Numbered from the stretch's first letter, positions 39,558 to 52,251 are shown. The stretch is 64,000 bases of DNA from Octopus sinensis (GCF_006345805.1 NC_042998.1:179800001-179864000); one strand, 5' to 3'. Program-made: numbers and translations. The notes: generated by a model not told the origin, from the sequence alone.

Positions 39558-40769
39558 ACATACTTTAGCAAATATAGTAAGGTAAAAAAGATCGATCACT
39601 AAAGACAGAAAATACAAGTTTGGCGCTTCATCCTGCATATTAGAAATTTATTAATAAACGCTGTGAAACCCCGATTTCACTGATTAACAAGAGAGAATAA
39701 TTTACTCTTAGACTCTTCTAAAATACCGGGTGCGCGTATAGCTGTTGTGTCTAGCCTTTGATCATATGTCTACTTGATGAGAGCTGACCTGCGGCTTAAC
39801 AACAACATCAGCAACAGCATTAACCGCTCTCACTCCGTTCTCTTTCAACACACTGTAAATTCTATAGCTTTCCGATACATTTCATTTACTACCCTTTCCA
39901 TTCTTCCACTTTCACTTTCTCTTTCTCGCAGTCTCTCTCTTTCTTTGTCTTATAAACGTTCTCGCTCACACGATATCGCTCACACACATGCAAACACAAT
40001 CATTCCCCTCGTTATCTTCGTCGTTCTTCTTCCCGTTTGCCAAACACTCCAGTAGTATTTCACTTTTTTCCCCTCTCTATTCTTCTTTGCTATCGTTCGT
40101 TTTTCCTTTCTCCTACTTTATACTTCACTTTCTTCTCCCCTCCATATTTTTATACCGAACAGTTCTTCCTCTCACATTTTCTTTCTCAAGAGCTTATATG
40201 TCTTATACTTGCATAGTTTTAAATTTTAAACTATTGTTATTTATTAATGTGTCCTACTGCCTAGTCAGTATATTTCTAAAAGATGTTATTACTTTGAGCA
40301 CGGGTGCATCCAGTTCACTTGCTTCTGCTTGTAGACAGACGGTGTTGGATAAATCATGAGGTTCTACTTACAAATGTAAAAAGATGTTTCTCACTCGAGG
40401 TGCACTTCTCCATTCTATGTTTAATAATGATGGTGGACCATATTCTGCCTCTTGCCCAAAGCAAGCATTAAAATTGCTCAATATTTGCAACTTATCTCCC
40501 GGGGTACACCGCACATTGTCTTATCTACAGAGTATTGCAGAAACTGCTCTTTTGCAATACCAGGCTTCTTCATGATAAGACCACTCATCGTCAATACAGA
40601 CAGACTGTCTACGACTTATTAATGAATTGTATTGTTATTTGTCCTGTCCGTTAAATCTAAAATCAATATATATATATATATATATCGGTGTTTTTTTAAT
40701 TCTTGACTTAACGCAGTGTTTCCCAAGGCGTAAGTACCAAATGAAAAAAGTTTTAGCCAACACTTTTGA

Positions 40770-40803
<34 letters not shown>

Positions 40804-41319
40804 CTGTGCGCGCGTGTGTGTATTCTACTTTTATTTGGATATACTAATATCCCTTGGCTGCTGAAGATAAGTTAGGACAATTATCGTGCTGTTGATGCCT
40901 ATTGTGGCAGAAACATGTCCCTGACTGTTCTTTCATCGCCTTCCTGTTCCTTAATGCCATGCCAGCTTTGGAAAGTGCTTGATATTTAAGATTATCCCCC
41001 TTTCTCATAGAGTGCTTTCTCAATCGTGCAGAGGCGGAAATAATTTTAATAAATCAAGAAGTTATGATGTATAGAATTTGATAAACTTGCATTTGTCAAT
41101 GTTGCTGATATGCATGTCAATGGCCAGTGTGAGTTATAAGATTCAAATATGTTTGCATGTGATTAGCATGTTTCGTTGTAGTCGACAGTATTGCGCAGAC
41201 TGTACTTTAACCACACCAGCTGCGCCTGGGCTGTTTTCAGAAGCAAACGTCTAGCTCCAAGTACACTTACCACCTCTCTGTTCATAGATACGCCATGAAA
41301 AAAGACAAGAAAGAGCATA

Positions 41320-41862
41320 TTATTTATTATTATTATTATTATTATTGTTTGACACGTGGTCGAGACAATGGAAATTACTATGTTACGCCAGACTTCACGG
41401 TCCATCATAGCATTACGGAGGTCCTGTTGCTGGATGCCTGTATCCCTGGAGATTACATCAGGGTAGGAGAGTGTGCGCCCTCTGGTATTGCGAGTAGATG
41501 GCTTCCAGAGGAGAAGAGTAGAAATTACTTCTTTTTCAGCTCTGCAACAATGTCCAGCAAACTGGACTCTCCTACCTTTCACAAGAGATGACACAGGTGG
41601 TAATTTCCCATATATTTGCATTTTGGTTGGATGGCGCTTCCACGAGAGATTTTAAGCTCTCATAAGGAGGCGAGTGTAGGTTCCATCCAACCGCCTCTCA
41701 AGCTTCTTTGATAACGTCCAGGTTTCTGAGCCATATAGTAGAATTGGTTCGACTGTGGCTTTGAATATTTCAAGTTTGAAGTCTCTACTTAGATTTGATG
41801 ACCAGATCTTATGCATGTCATTATAGGCTGACCAGGCCATACCCTTTCTAGTTAGAAAGTAT
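41320..41862 (-). mobile_element. 5'-truncated RTE-clade LINE with (TAA)n tail
   Basis: TRKGMAWSAYNDMHKIW...ILLYGSETWTLSKK...RA*NLSWKRHPTKMQIYGKLPP...RRVQFAGHCCR...DREVWR. The two track ORFs (41652-41840 and 41163-41621) are one frame broken by a single TAA at 41652-41654. Tail at 41320-41346. Confidence 0.92.
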
Positions 41863-42334
41863 TTTCCAGATGATGATATGTATAGAGCATATAGCCGCAG
41901 AGGCTGTCAGACCATATGTATGGTCATACTTGGGCACGTGTCTTCTACTATAGCTTCGAGCCAACCAAAGGCTTAAGTATGATCATACATATCTGCTGAG
42001 GCTCTCTCACTTCCTCTCGACTTTTTGTCGGGTTTTACTGTCTTAGTCTTTTTTTAAAAAGCTCAATAATACCACAAGATAACAGGGGTTTGGACGTAAA
42101 ATAGAAGGATCTCCGTTAAAACGAATTTCTATTGTGGGACCAGCTGAATTACCTAATTGTACATTGAGACATGTATTTTTAACGTAATCCCCAAGTAGAA
42201 TGTAAAATTAGTGCATCATTGTGTTTGACAATGTCGCACCTTTTAACATACGAGTACCGTTTCTTGCCCACTAACGAGGTACCACACAATTTGCGTCGGC
42301 CCAGTTTTATTCAATAGGAATAATGTATGTATAC

Positions 42335-42570
42335 AACGGGCTTCTTTCAGTTTCCGTCGACTAAATCCTCTCACAAGTCTTTGGTTGGCTCGAGGCTATA
42401 GTAGCAGACGTGCCACACAGTGGGACTGAATCCAGAATTATGCAGTTGGGAAACAAACTTCTTACCACACAGCCGCAATGCAATATATATATATAGGCGC
42501 ACGAGTGGCTGTGTGGTAAGTAGCTTGCTTACCAACCACATGGCACCTTGGGCAAGTGTCGTATATATAA

Positions 42571-42603
<33 letters not shown>

Positions 42604-42800
42604 TATGTTTGTGTGTCTGTGTTTGTCCCCCCAACATCGTTCGACAACCAATGCTGGTGTGTTTACGTCCCCATCACTTAGCGGTTCGGCAAGAGAGACC
42701 GATAGAATAAGTACTATTCTTACAAAGAATAAGTTCTGGGGGTAGATTTGCTTGACTAAAGGCGGTGCTCCAGCATGGCCGCAGTCAAGTGACTGAAACA
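42335..42800. mobile_element. Two family A SINE copies back to back (minus-strand head fragment 42335-42480, plus-strand deleted copy 42496-42800)
   Basis: cacacagcc / ggctgtgtg heads point away from each other across a (TA)n spacer. Confidence 0.8.
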
Positions 42801-43439
42801 CAGACAAAAAGAATAAAAGAAAGAAAAGAAAAGAATGTATGTATGTATGTATTGTATATACACTCTGAGCCATGGAAAATTTATCTTGCATGAAAAGCAC
42901 TCTGTGTTGAAAAGAAAAAAAGGTCCGGGTTGATGATCAAGAAGACGACTCTTGATCAATATGTGGTGGAACCGTTCTCGGACCTCATGTATGAGAAGCG
43001 AACTTATTACTATTTTGCCTGTTCCCATAAACACCCTCGTCCATCGTGAAATATATATTTTGCCTCTTCTGACTGATAATTACATTGTAATATTTTGCCT
43101 TGTATTCGCCATGTTCCTTATCCGTTCCACTACCCGTCTTCTGCAAGTCGCCGCTTTCTATATTCTTTGTCTCTTTCTCTCTGCTTGTCTTTGTTTCTAC
43201 TTTTTTTTTTATTCTTCCCTTAAATTTTCCGTTCATATCTTTTGCCGTCTAACTCTTTCTCCCAGCCAGACCCCTCCCCCCACACAAGGGAACATTTTGG
43301 TGGTTGCTGGACCTGCCAGAAATAGCAGCCAAATTACTGTAAAAAATACATCATGGTATTTTGATCAAAAGGAAAGGAACATCATCATTAGCGACATCGT
43401 TAACAGCATCACTAACTCCAACACCAGCATGAATAACAA

Positions 43440-43492
43440 CAACAATAATATCATCATCATCATCATCATCATCATCATCGTCATCATCATCG

Positions 43493-43546
<54 letters not shown>

Positions 43547-43639
43547 CTAACTCCAACATCAACATGAATAGCAACAGCAATAATATCATCATCATCATCG
43601 TCATCATCCATCATCATCATCATCATCATCTTCATCATC

Positions 43640-43671
<32 letters not shown>

Positions 43672-43673
43672 CC

Positions 43674-43705
<32 letters not shown>

Positions 43706-43730
43706 GTCGTCGTCGTCGTCGTCGTCATCA

Positions 43731-43761
<31 letters not shown>

Positions 43762-43770
43762 CAACAACAA
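43440..43770. repeat. (CAT)n/(CGT)n/(CAA)n trinucleotide array
   Basis: Direct reading; explains the poly-H/I/M/D ORFs in the track. Confidence 0.97.
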
Positions 43771-43952
43771 CCTTTTTCAAATGCACCAACGAAGGAGTAA
43801 CCCCGTACTTAGCTGCCTGCCGGGTTGGCGGGAACACATTTTCTTTTCTTCATTCCTTTTATTTTCCTTTCGCGCCCTACCCCTACTCTCTCTCTCTCTC
43901 TCTCTCACTCCTTCGCTCTCTCTCTCTCCCTATCTTTTGCTATCTATCTATA

Positions 43953-44017
<65 letters not shown>

Positions 44018-44028
44018 CTATCTATCTC

Positions 44029-44070
<42 letters not shown>

Positions 44071-44095
44071 TTGCTATCTATCTATCTGTCTATCC

Positions 44096-44139
<44 letters not shown>

Positions 44140-44854
44140 CTCTATCTCTCTCCTTCTCTTTTGCTGTCTATCTATCTATCTATCTATCTTCCATTTTCCA
44201 ATACTTCCCATCCCAGATCCTCACCTTCCTCATCTTTCCTTTTAATTCTTTCTTTCACTCCATTTTGTTTTCTTTCGCATTCACATCGTCAACTTTTCCA
44301 TCGCTTCTGTGTTTTGCTTTCCAAATCTATTTTCACCACCAACACCTCATCTTTTTATCTACATTTCTATACTTTTCCTTCATCTTTCACACAACACTTT
44401 ATCTTCTTCCTAACGCCGCTCCTTTGCTTTTTAGTTTTTATTTTGTCATATTTACATTTCTTCCTTTCTTCTCCCCTTACTCTCTTCCTTCCTTTCTTTA
44501 CTTCTTCTTTTCCTTTCTTCTTCACTTTTTCTTTCTACGTCTCTACCGCCCCACCAAAATATACATAAATATCATACAATGCCTTTCGTCCTACCAAATC
44601 TCCTTTTTCTTCCTATTCTGTTTTCCTATCCTCGTTCTATTTTTTTTTCTTCTCAAAGCCCTACCCTTTATTTCTCACAAATACATCCAAATATACATTA
44701 AAAAAACCCACACATAACAAACACTCGTACTCACTTTTTTCTCTCTCTCTCTCTCTCTCCTTTCAGCTCCTCTGTCAGTTTGTCAATATACAACGTTAAA
44801 TCATGCACACTCACTCACTCGCCCCAAAGCATAAGCAGTAACACACGCTCTCAT

Positions 44855-44900
<46 letters not shown>

Positions 44901-45151
44901 CACCACAAACATACACACACACACACACACACACGCACACACACACGCACACACATGCGCTGGCACATACACATATGCTCTCACATGGACAAATGCACAT
45001 TTTCATAAACACAGAAGTGCTCGTAGTGCAGATATACAACTCACATAATCGAACACACGTACAAACTAGCCACTCAACTCTCTTTCACTGGCCACTCAAT
45101 CTCTCCCTCACCTTCTCTCTTTTTCTCTCTCTCTCTACTCTCTCTCTCTCA

Positions 45152-45183
<32 letters not shown>

Positions 45184-45330
45184 GATGCACACACTCTTAC
45201 TCACATTCGTCACCGTTACTAACATAACCAACCACACGTTCTTCTCTGTCAACACTCGTAAACATTAACGCATAGACATTTCTTGTCCCAACAAACTTAG
45301 TAAATGTTTTCAAAGTTCCCAACAGTCTAC

Positions 45331-45432
<102 letters not shown>

Positions 45433-45563
45433 TTGTTTGTTAGTCGCTCTCTTTCTCTCACTCTCTCTCTCTCCCATATATATGTATATATATCTTTATA
45501 TATTTGCCTGGTATTTATGTGTGTATGTGTATGTATATATATATATATATATATGTGTGTGTG

Positions 45564-45595
<32 letters not shown>

Positions 45596-45608
45596 CATAC
45601 ACACAACA

Positions 45609-45695
<87 letters not shown>

Positions 45696-45847
45696 GTCAA
45701 TAAATGGTGGGTGTTGTGTTAACTGCACGTGGAGAAATGATAAAGCAGAATATATATATATATATATTTATATTATAAATAATATATAAATATATGAATA
45801 TATATACATACATATATGTATATAGCTACAAATATACGTACATATAT

Positions 45848-46296
45848 ACATGCATATATGAGAACAGGACATCAAAAAGACGTTGAACACAATGAGAAAC
45901 GAAAACATGAAAACAAAATCATAGAAACGAACTTTTTTCAAACAACGAAAAAAACCCCAGAGAAACGAGACATACAACATAAAGAATATTCCCCTTCTTC
46001 AGTTGTCCCTGTTTCATCTACTCCGCGTTTCGAAATATACATACATACATACATACATACATACATACATACATACATACATACATACATACACATACAT
46101 ACATACATACATACATATATGCGGAGTAGATGAAACAGAGGCGGCTGAAGAAGGGGAATTTTCCTTGTGTTGTATGTCTTGTACTATATTTTTTCGTTGT
46201 TTAAGAAAAATGTCCATTTCCTTGGTTTTGTGTTTATGTTTTCGTTTCTCATTGTGTTCGACGTTTTTTTGGTGTCCTGTACTCATATATGCATGT
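45848..46296. repeat. Inverted pair of a dispersed repeat (arms 45848-46026 and 46121-46296) around a (TACA)n spacer
   Basis: The reverse complement of the right arm aligns end to end with the left arm. The opposite-strand ORFs MRTGHQKDVEHNEKRKH... and MSTGHQKNVEHNEKRKH... mirror each other. Confidence 0.9.
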
Positions 46297-46352
46297 AGGT
46301 ACGTACATATATGTATGTATATATGCATATGTTTTTATTTATAATTATATAT

Positions 46353-46443
<91 letters not shown>

Positions 46444-47264
46444 ATATGTATATATATGTACCTGTTCGTCTGCTATTCATCTATTTGCCCTACTGAGTGT
46501 TTATCTCCTATTTTGTGAATTTATGGGTTTGCCATTCTAGCCATCCATCCATTCTCATACTAACGCGTATGTTCATAGAAACACATAAACTGTACATAAT
46601 GTAGTCTTGAATAATACAGGAACATGTCCGTAGTTTTCTCCCTTATTTGCTGAAAATATGAAAAAAAAGCGCTCATTTCTCACATCGACACAAGGTCTTA
46701 CAATTGGGGGTGGGGGTAAAGTCCATTATAGTGAGACCAGTGTTTCACTTGTGTTTCTTTTATCGGCTCTGGAGAGCTGAAAGGCAAAACATCTGTCCTG
46801 GCTGGATTTGTAATTTGGCGAGATTCTACGTCAGTTGCTCAGTAACTAACGTTTTCTCACTCCATAATTATTTTATTGCGCCCCGTGCTAAATATACTAA
46901 AAAATTAATTGAATTATATGTACATAAAATTATTTACGTGGGTTCCAACATCCCGGATGTGGTGAGGCAAGAAATTGCAATTCATGAATCTATGGAAATG
47001 AAACTATGGTGAACAGAAAAGTAATTATCTTAATAATTAACTCTTTTCAAAAAGCAAGGGGAGGTAACACCGAAATTTAAATTAATGAAAATATAATTAG
47101 AAATAAAATGAAATAGAGAGTAAGCCGGATCTTTGACAGCACAGAGATATTTTGGTTTTGTTAGGCCCACATCAGCGACGCGTTAGCTAAATGTTATTAT
47201 TAGATTTTAATTAACTGCACTTTACCATTGGCAATTATCTTCTGCTACAAGTTAAAACAAACAA

Positions 47265-47520
47265 GTAAAAACACAATCAGCCAAATATTGTTTGTCTGAC
47301 CACAAGGAATAGATATGTTCTGTAGTGGAAATCAGCTGCCCTCTGGACACTAGTGTGATCAGAAAAACGCAAGAGAAAAACGACATCTATGAACCATTGA
47401 TAAGGAGATTGAAAATCCAGTAGCTAAGACACACTTTCAGCTTCATACCTATTATTATTGGAGCAACAGCAGGGTATATAGCAACCCGTCTGGAGCAAAC
47501 TATATCTGACCTCGGTATTC
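47265..47520 (+). mobile_element. Decayed restriction-like endonuclease (RLE) domain of an R4/Dong-like non-LTR retrotransposon
   Basis: KHNQPNIV, then a frameshift, then DHKE*ICSVVEISCPLDTSVIRKTQEKNDIYEPLIRRLKIQ*LRHTFSFIPIIIGATAG...SDLGI. This matches the NRPDIV...E..CP.D....K..EK..KY..L...P+++GA.G pattern from memory. Confidence 0.72.
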
Positions 47521-47761
47521 GTGTCAATTTTCGCAGTTGGCGGTGGTCTCTGCAGCGTGATTTGTCTTCAATGCTGGTTTTTCCCTTCTTTAAACTTCTC
47601 CATCCTTTTGTGCGCATTGCACTTGTCAATGGTATCATCGCCTTATATGCCTCTTGTTCTTAATTGTATGGAGGTAGCCTTCGAAGTGAGATGTCATAAA
47701 CTTGTCGATATTCCATGCTAAGTTTTAGACCTGCTCAGGCGTTATAATGTTGTTGGTGGCC

Positions 47762-47960
47762 TGTATGTATGTATGTATGTATGTATGTATGTATGTATGT
47801 ATGTATGTATGTATGTATGTATGTATGTATGTATGTATGTATGTATGTATGTATGCATGTATGTATGTATGCATGTACGTACGTATGTATGTATGTTTGT
47901 ATGTATGTATGTATGTATGTATGTATGTATGTATGTATGTATGTATGAATGTATGTATTT
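47762..47960. repeat. (TATG)n microsatellite
   Basis: Direct reading. Confidence 0.97.
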
Positions 47961-48066
47961 ATGTATGTATCTATCTATCTATCTCTGTCTATATATATAA
48001 ATATTCTATAATTATGAACAATCATGATTAAAGGGAGTGTGGTGGTGTTGTTACCTTGACATGAAT

Positions 48067-48270
48067 ACTTTTTACTCTTTTACTCGTTTCAGTCATTTGA
48101 CTCCGGCCGTGCTGGAGCACCGCCTTTAGTCGAGCAAATCGATCCCAGGACTTATTCTTTGTAAGCCTAGTACTTATTCTATCGGTCCCTTTTGCCGAAC
48201 CGCTAAGTTACGGGGACGCAAGCACACCAGCAGCGATTGTCAAGCTATGTTGGGGGGGGGGCAAACACAG
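48067..48270 (-). mobile_element. SINE family A, 3' half
   Basis: Tail plus the cagtcatttgact...gccgaaccgctaag block; head absent. Confidence 0.85.
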
Positions 48271-49869
48271 CCTAATGAAAATATTTGATGCTACGCTCTA
48301 ATGTTTCTGCCAAATCGCTACCGTAGAGAAAAATCTAATTCATCCATGATAAAAGGTATTTAAACCATGACCACCTCACCTTATTTGAGAAATACTGTAT
48401 CTGAGAGACCCAACAATATTCAATATTTCTTTCCTTTTCCAAAGCTGTATGATGTTTTGACGAATATCTACTACTATTTCTAGCAGGTAGATTGGCCACT
48501 TAGACGACCTCTCGTTGTTATTGTTATCGTAGACGAGAATCATGGGAAGGTCATTGTAACTATTCTTAAGTGATTGTCACCGCACTCAATATTTTTTCGT
48601 CGTTGACGTCAGATTTTATTCAGCAGCCAGGAAATAATTTGACCGTCTTGTCTAGATTTAGTTTGTTGCTAGGATGCATTATATGCGTTGAATTTTGCGT
48701 CATATTTTTGCTATTCATATAGTTTTCAAGACAAATCTATTTTCCATTTTCCTTGATTGAACCGGAGAGAGTATTGTATAAAAATTAGTTATATTATTAG
48801 CAATATTATTTTTTTGAACTAATTCTATTTTCTGTGTTGTATAATATAATGTAATGTAATTACTCTTTTATGTAGATGCATATTCAAGAAGCGAAAAGTG
48901 TTGTACCTGAATATTTAATGCAATAGCTAATTATCAAGTATACAACTTCGATATTTACATATGAATTTGTAAATATAATAGTTATCCAGTGGTTTGCATA
49001 TTGTGATTTATTGTTGGTGATAAGAGTCTAAATTTTGGTGTCCGTCACATTGAATATTTCATATATAAATTGTGTAAACTGCAAGGTTGTTTAATTTTGA
49101 TAGAATGTTATTTTCTCTATTGGTCAGGTATGATCGTTGCAAATATGAGGTGATTGAGTATCATAAAATGCACTGTGGATGCTAGAATAGAACTTCAGTT
49201 GTACAGGACAACCGTTGTTTCTTTAGGATATTTTCTATTGTAGTAGTTAGTTTTAATTTTATCAAACAAGTAGTGTCTTTACTTTCGAAAGTTTTTTCAC
49301 TTAGGCTAAAAATGCCCTTCTTGATAAGTGAGCAGTGTCTATTCCCACTAGAAATCTGTTCTATTCAGAAAAAGCTTTGGGGGTAGACAACATTTCTTAT
49401 TGTATGGATTTGTGCTCTTTTGCTTTCTATACGTTGCGTAATATTTGTAAATCCTAAAGCTTTGATTATACAATTACATGTTTTTAAAAATTATTTCCAA
49501 GACACCAAATTTATCGATTGCTTCTATTTTCACTACCAATACTTAAGTTATCTCTGTTCCCAGAACTTAATAGTTCAGCAGACATTGTTGATGTTGTAAT
49601 GTTGCCCGCATGCTGGATATGTAGAAGCATTTTTATGATATATATTTTATGATAATGTAGATACACATCTGAAGTTGAATTTTACTAAGCTTCTGTGATG
49701 TGAAATTTTTAAGACTGTGTTTGTTAATGTTTGTGACTTAAGAAAATACTAGCTTCAGGTTTCACTTTATATATTTCCTCGTCATTCTTAAATAAGAAAA
49801 TTATAATCAATTCTTCCAGAAATGTTTTTTTTTTATTATTTTGTCCTGCGGTTTGAGGCTCTAATAAAA

Positions 49870-50590
49870 AGATCTACTTGATCCAGAGTATGTCGCTTAG
49901 AACAGACCAAGAGTAAAATCTCGTCACTTCAGCTTAGCAATCCTAAGGGATAGTCCCTGAGTCTTGTTGCTTTTCATAGAAAATGGCCGACTGAAAAATG
50001 AAGGCACTTGAACTGAAATGGCATATTTGATGATCTAAAATCTCCCTTAGTACAACCAGACATAATTGTGGCTTCAATCATTTGGAGAATAGGAGTGCTG
50101 ACAGTTTGTCTCGGACATTTTATTGAGTTTTGGTGCATCCAAATTTCCTAACAACATAATGCTTAATCCTACATGCTGTTTGCAGAGTGAGAGAGCAGTA
50201 AGATGAAGAGAACTGAGAAACTTTGTTGGGTTGTTGACAGCATCGTCCACTGGGAGTGTCCACTGACTTGTATTATCTGAAATAGGTTTATGACTGTTGA
50301 ATGGTAACGAAATTAATATCATCCATGTTATTTTTGCGAGCTATGATAACACGTTCAGAAAGCTATTTATGGCTTGTATTATTTGATGAAAGCCTAATAT
50401 AATCTTTCAATAGCATTTCTGGAGATGTCTCGATTATTACTCCACATTTTTCTTTTCTTTGTGTTTGTAATTGTATTTTGACATAACCATTCTTAGTGTC
50501 AACTGGTAGCTGACCATTGTCTTCAATGAAAGTAAAATTTTGTAAACTAGACGGTTGACATGTCTCTGTTGAATCAACTCTCATGTTTAT
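49870..50590 (-). pseudogene. Decayed Helitron Pif1-like helicase C-terminal region
   Basis: Minus-strand frames give NMRV...DNGQLPVD...HK*LSERVIIARKN...YKSVDT, DDAVNNPTKFLSSL...VGLSIMLLGNLDAPKL, IEATIMSGCTKG, MPFQFKCLHFSV and SNKTQGLSL. These are collinear with the Helitron helicase motifs NMRV, WLSERAILAPKN, YPTEFLNSL, KVG.PIMLLRNL, PF.FKRLQFP and INKSQGQSL. Confidence 0.85.
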
Positions 50591-50596
50591 AGAGAG

Positions 50597-50979
50597 ACTA
50601 GCAGTATCGCCCGGCGTTGCTCAGGTTTGTAAGGGAAATAACTATAAAGCATTTTTAGAGAGTTATAGCCAAAAATAGCAAAAAAATGGAAAAAAATGAT
50701 GGTAAATTTTTTTTTGAGATTTAAAAAAGGTGGTTGCGTCCCCTAGACAGTTTATGGTTTTGTGTTTCTGATTCTCGACCCCATGTCGAATTTATCGATT
50801 TTTTTCAGAACTGGGGAACTTTTCAAAATTTTCGCTGCGTTAGTTTTGAATTATGACATTGGGCTATGTGTGTGTCAAGTTTCATCAGAATCGGTTGAAA
50901 GCCGTGGTCAGAGTGAGGGTACGAGAAAACAGACACACAGAAAACGCACAGACAAACTGCCGTTTATATATAGAGAGAT
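50597..50979 (+). mobile_element. Non-autonomous Helitron/Helentron-like element
   Basis: 5' ACTAGCAGTATCGCCCGGCGTTGCTC; 3' part caagtttcatcagaatcggttg...acagacacacag...gtttatatatagagagat. This architecture is recalled for HINE/DINE-type elements. No TSD seen. Confidence 0.6.
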
Positions 50980-51390
50980 AAAAAATGTTCTTCTTGTCTT
51001 CAATTATACTTTTTTTAGACTTAACAAAGTAACTTGCAAATTATACTCGACCTGAAAAAAAAATAGACGCATTAGATAATTTAGTCCATGGTTACAAAGT
51101 TAGGAAAAAAATATGATGCGAAGGTTATAGCCGAAACAACTTTAGGATTTGAACTCAGTGCGTAAATAGTTGAGACAATTGCTGTAAAATAATTTTTCCT
51201 GACACTCTGGTGATTCCGCACTAAATATGTGGAGCAAACTTGACTTGGGCCTGTAACTCTAAGGCCTAAGACAAGGCAAATGGAATGGCGTAGTTTATAC
51301 ATGATGTACCTTTGGCATCTAAACATGGCGGAACCCATGGCTCTCCAGTTCTGACTGCAGTTCATTTCTTGCAAAGAGAGAGAGAGAGAG

Positions 51391-51786
51391 AGGGGTGGGG
51401 AGAAGAAGAAGAAGAAGAAGGAGAAGGAGGAGAAGAAGGAGGAGGAGGAGAAGAAGAAGAAGAAGAAGAAGGAGAAGAAGAAGAAGGAGAAGGGGAAGAA
51501 GGAGAAGGAGAAGAAGGAGGAGAAGAAGAAGAAGAAGAAGAAGAAGAAGAAGAAGAAGAAGGAGGAGGAATGGAGAAGAAGAAGAAGGAGAAGAAGAAGG
51601 AGAAAGAGAAGAAGAAGGAGGATAAGAAGAAGGATAAGAAGAAGAAGAAAAGAGAAGAAGAAGAAGAAGAAGAAGAAGAAGAGAAGAAGAAGGAAGAGGA
51701 AGGAGAAGAAGAAGAAGAAGAAGAAGAAGAAGAAGAAGAAGAAGAAGGAGAAGAAGAAGAAGAAGAAGAAGAAGAAGAAGAAGAAT
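51391..51786 (+). repeat. ~400-bp polypurine (GAA/GGA)n tract
   Basis: Direct reading; explains the poly-E/R/K ORFs. Confidence 0.97.
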
Positions 51787-52216
51787 CTCTGCCAGTACTT
51801 TATCGACCTCGCAAAGATGAAAGGACGAAAGTTGACCTAGACAAGATTTGAACTCTGTTAACTTCCAAATACCCCAGTCGACTAATTATATTGCTATATT
51901 ACTAAAGTATTGCCATTAAAGAGACACTCAGTTTCCAAAATAAAACAGAAAACAAAACGGTGCGCCCACTGCCTCCTCTACTACGTTCTTGACCGACATC
52001 CATAGTAAGTTACAATTGATGTAGAATTAATAGATTTCAGTATTTCACACCATCTGGTTCTGACGCACACACTCTTTATCGTCCTCTTTATCGGTTTGAC
52101 CCTTGTGTTAAGTGTAGGATTTAGAAACGAGAGATAACAGGATGAGAGTGTTTCTGATGCTGTTTCACCTAACATAGCGGATCTACAATGAAAGATGCCG
52201 CAGCCGTGACCATGTT

Positions 52217-52251
<35 letters not shown>

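Noticed and set aside
40384-40575. Possible R4-type C-terminal remnant (QLISRGTPHIVL)
   Set aside because: Similarity is too short to distinguish from chance.
42952-43800. 282-aa ORF with poly-Ile/poly-His
   Set aside because: Open only because (CAT)n and (AAT)n triplets lack stops in that frame; no domain, splice signals or coding-like composition.
51312-51851. Glu/Lys-rich 179-aa ORF
   Set aside because: Translation of the GAA/GGA tract.
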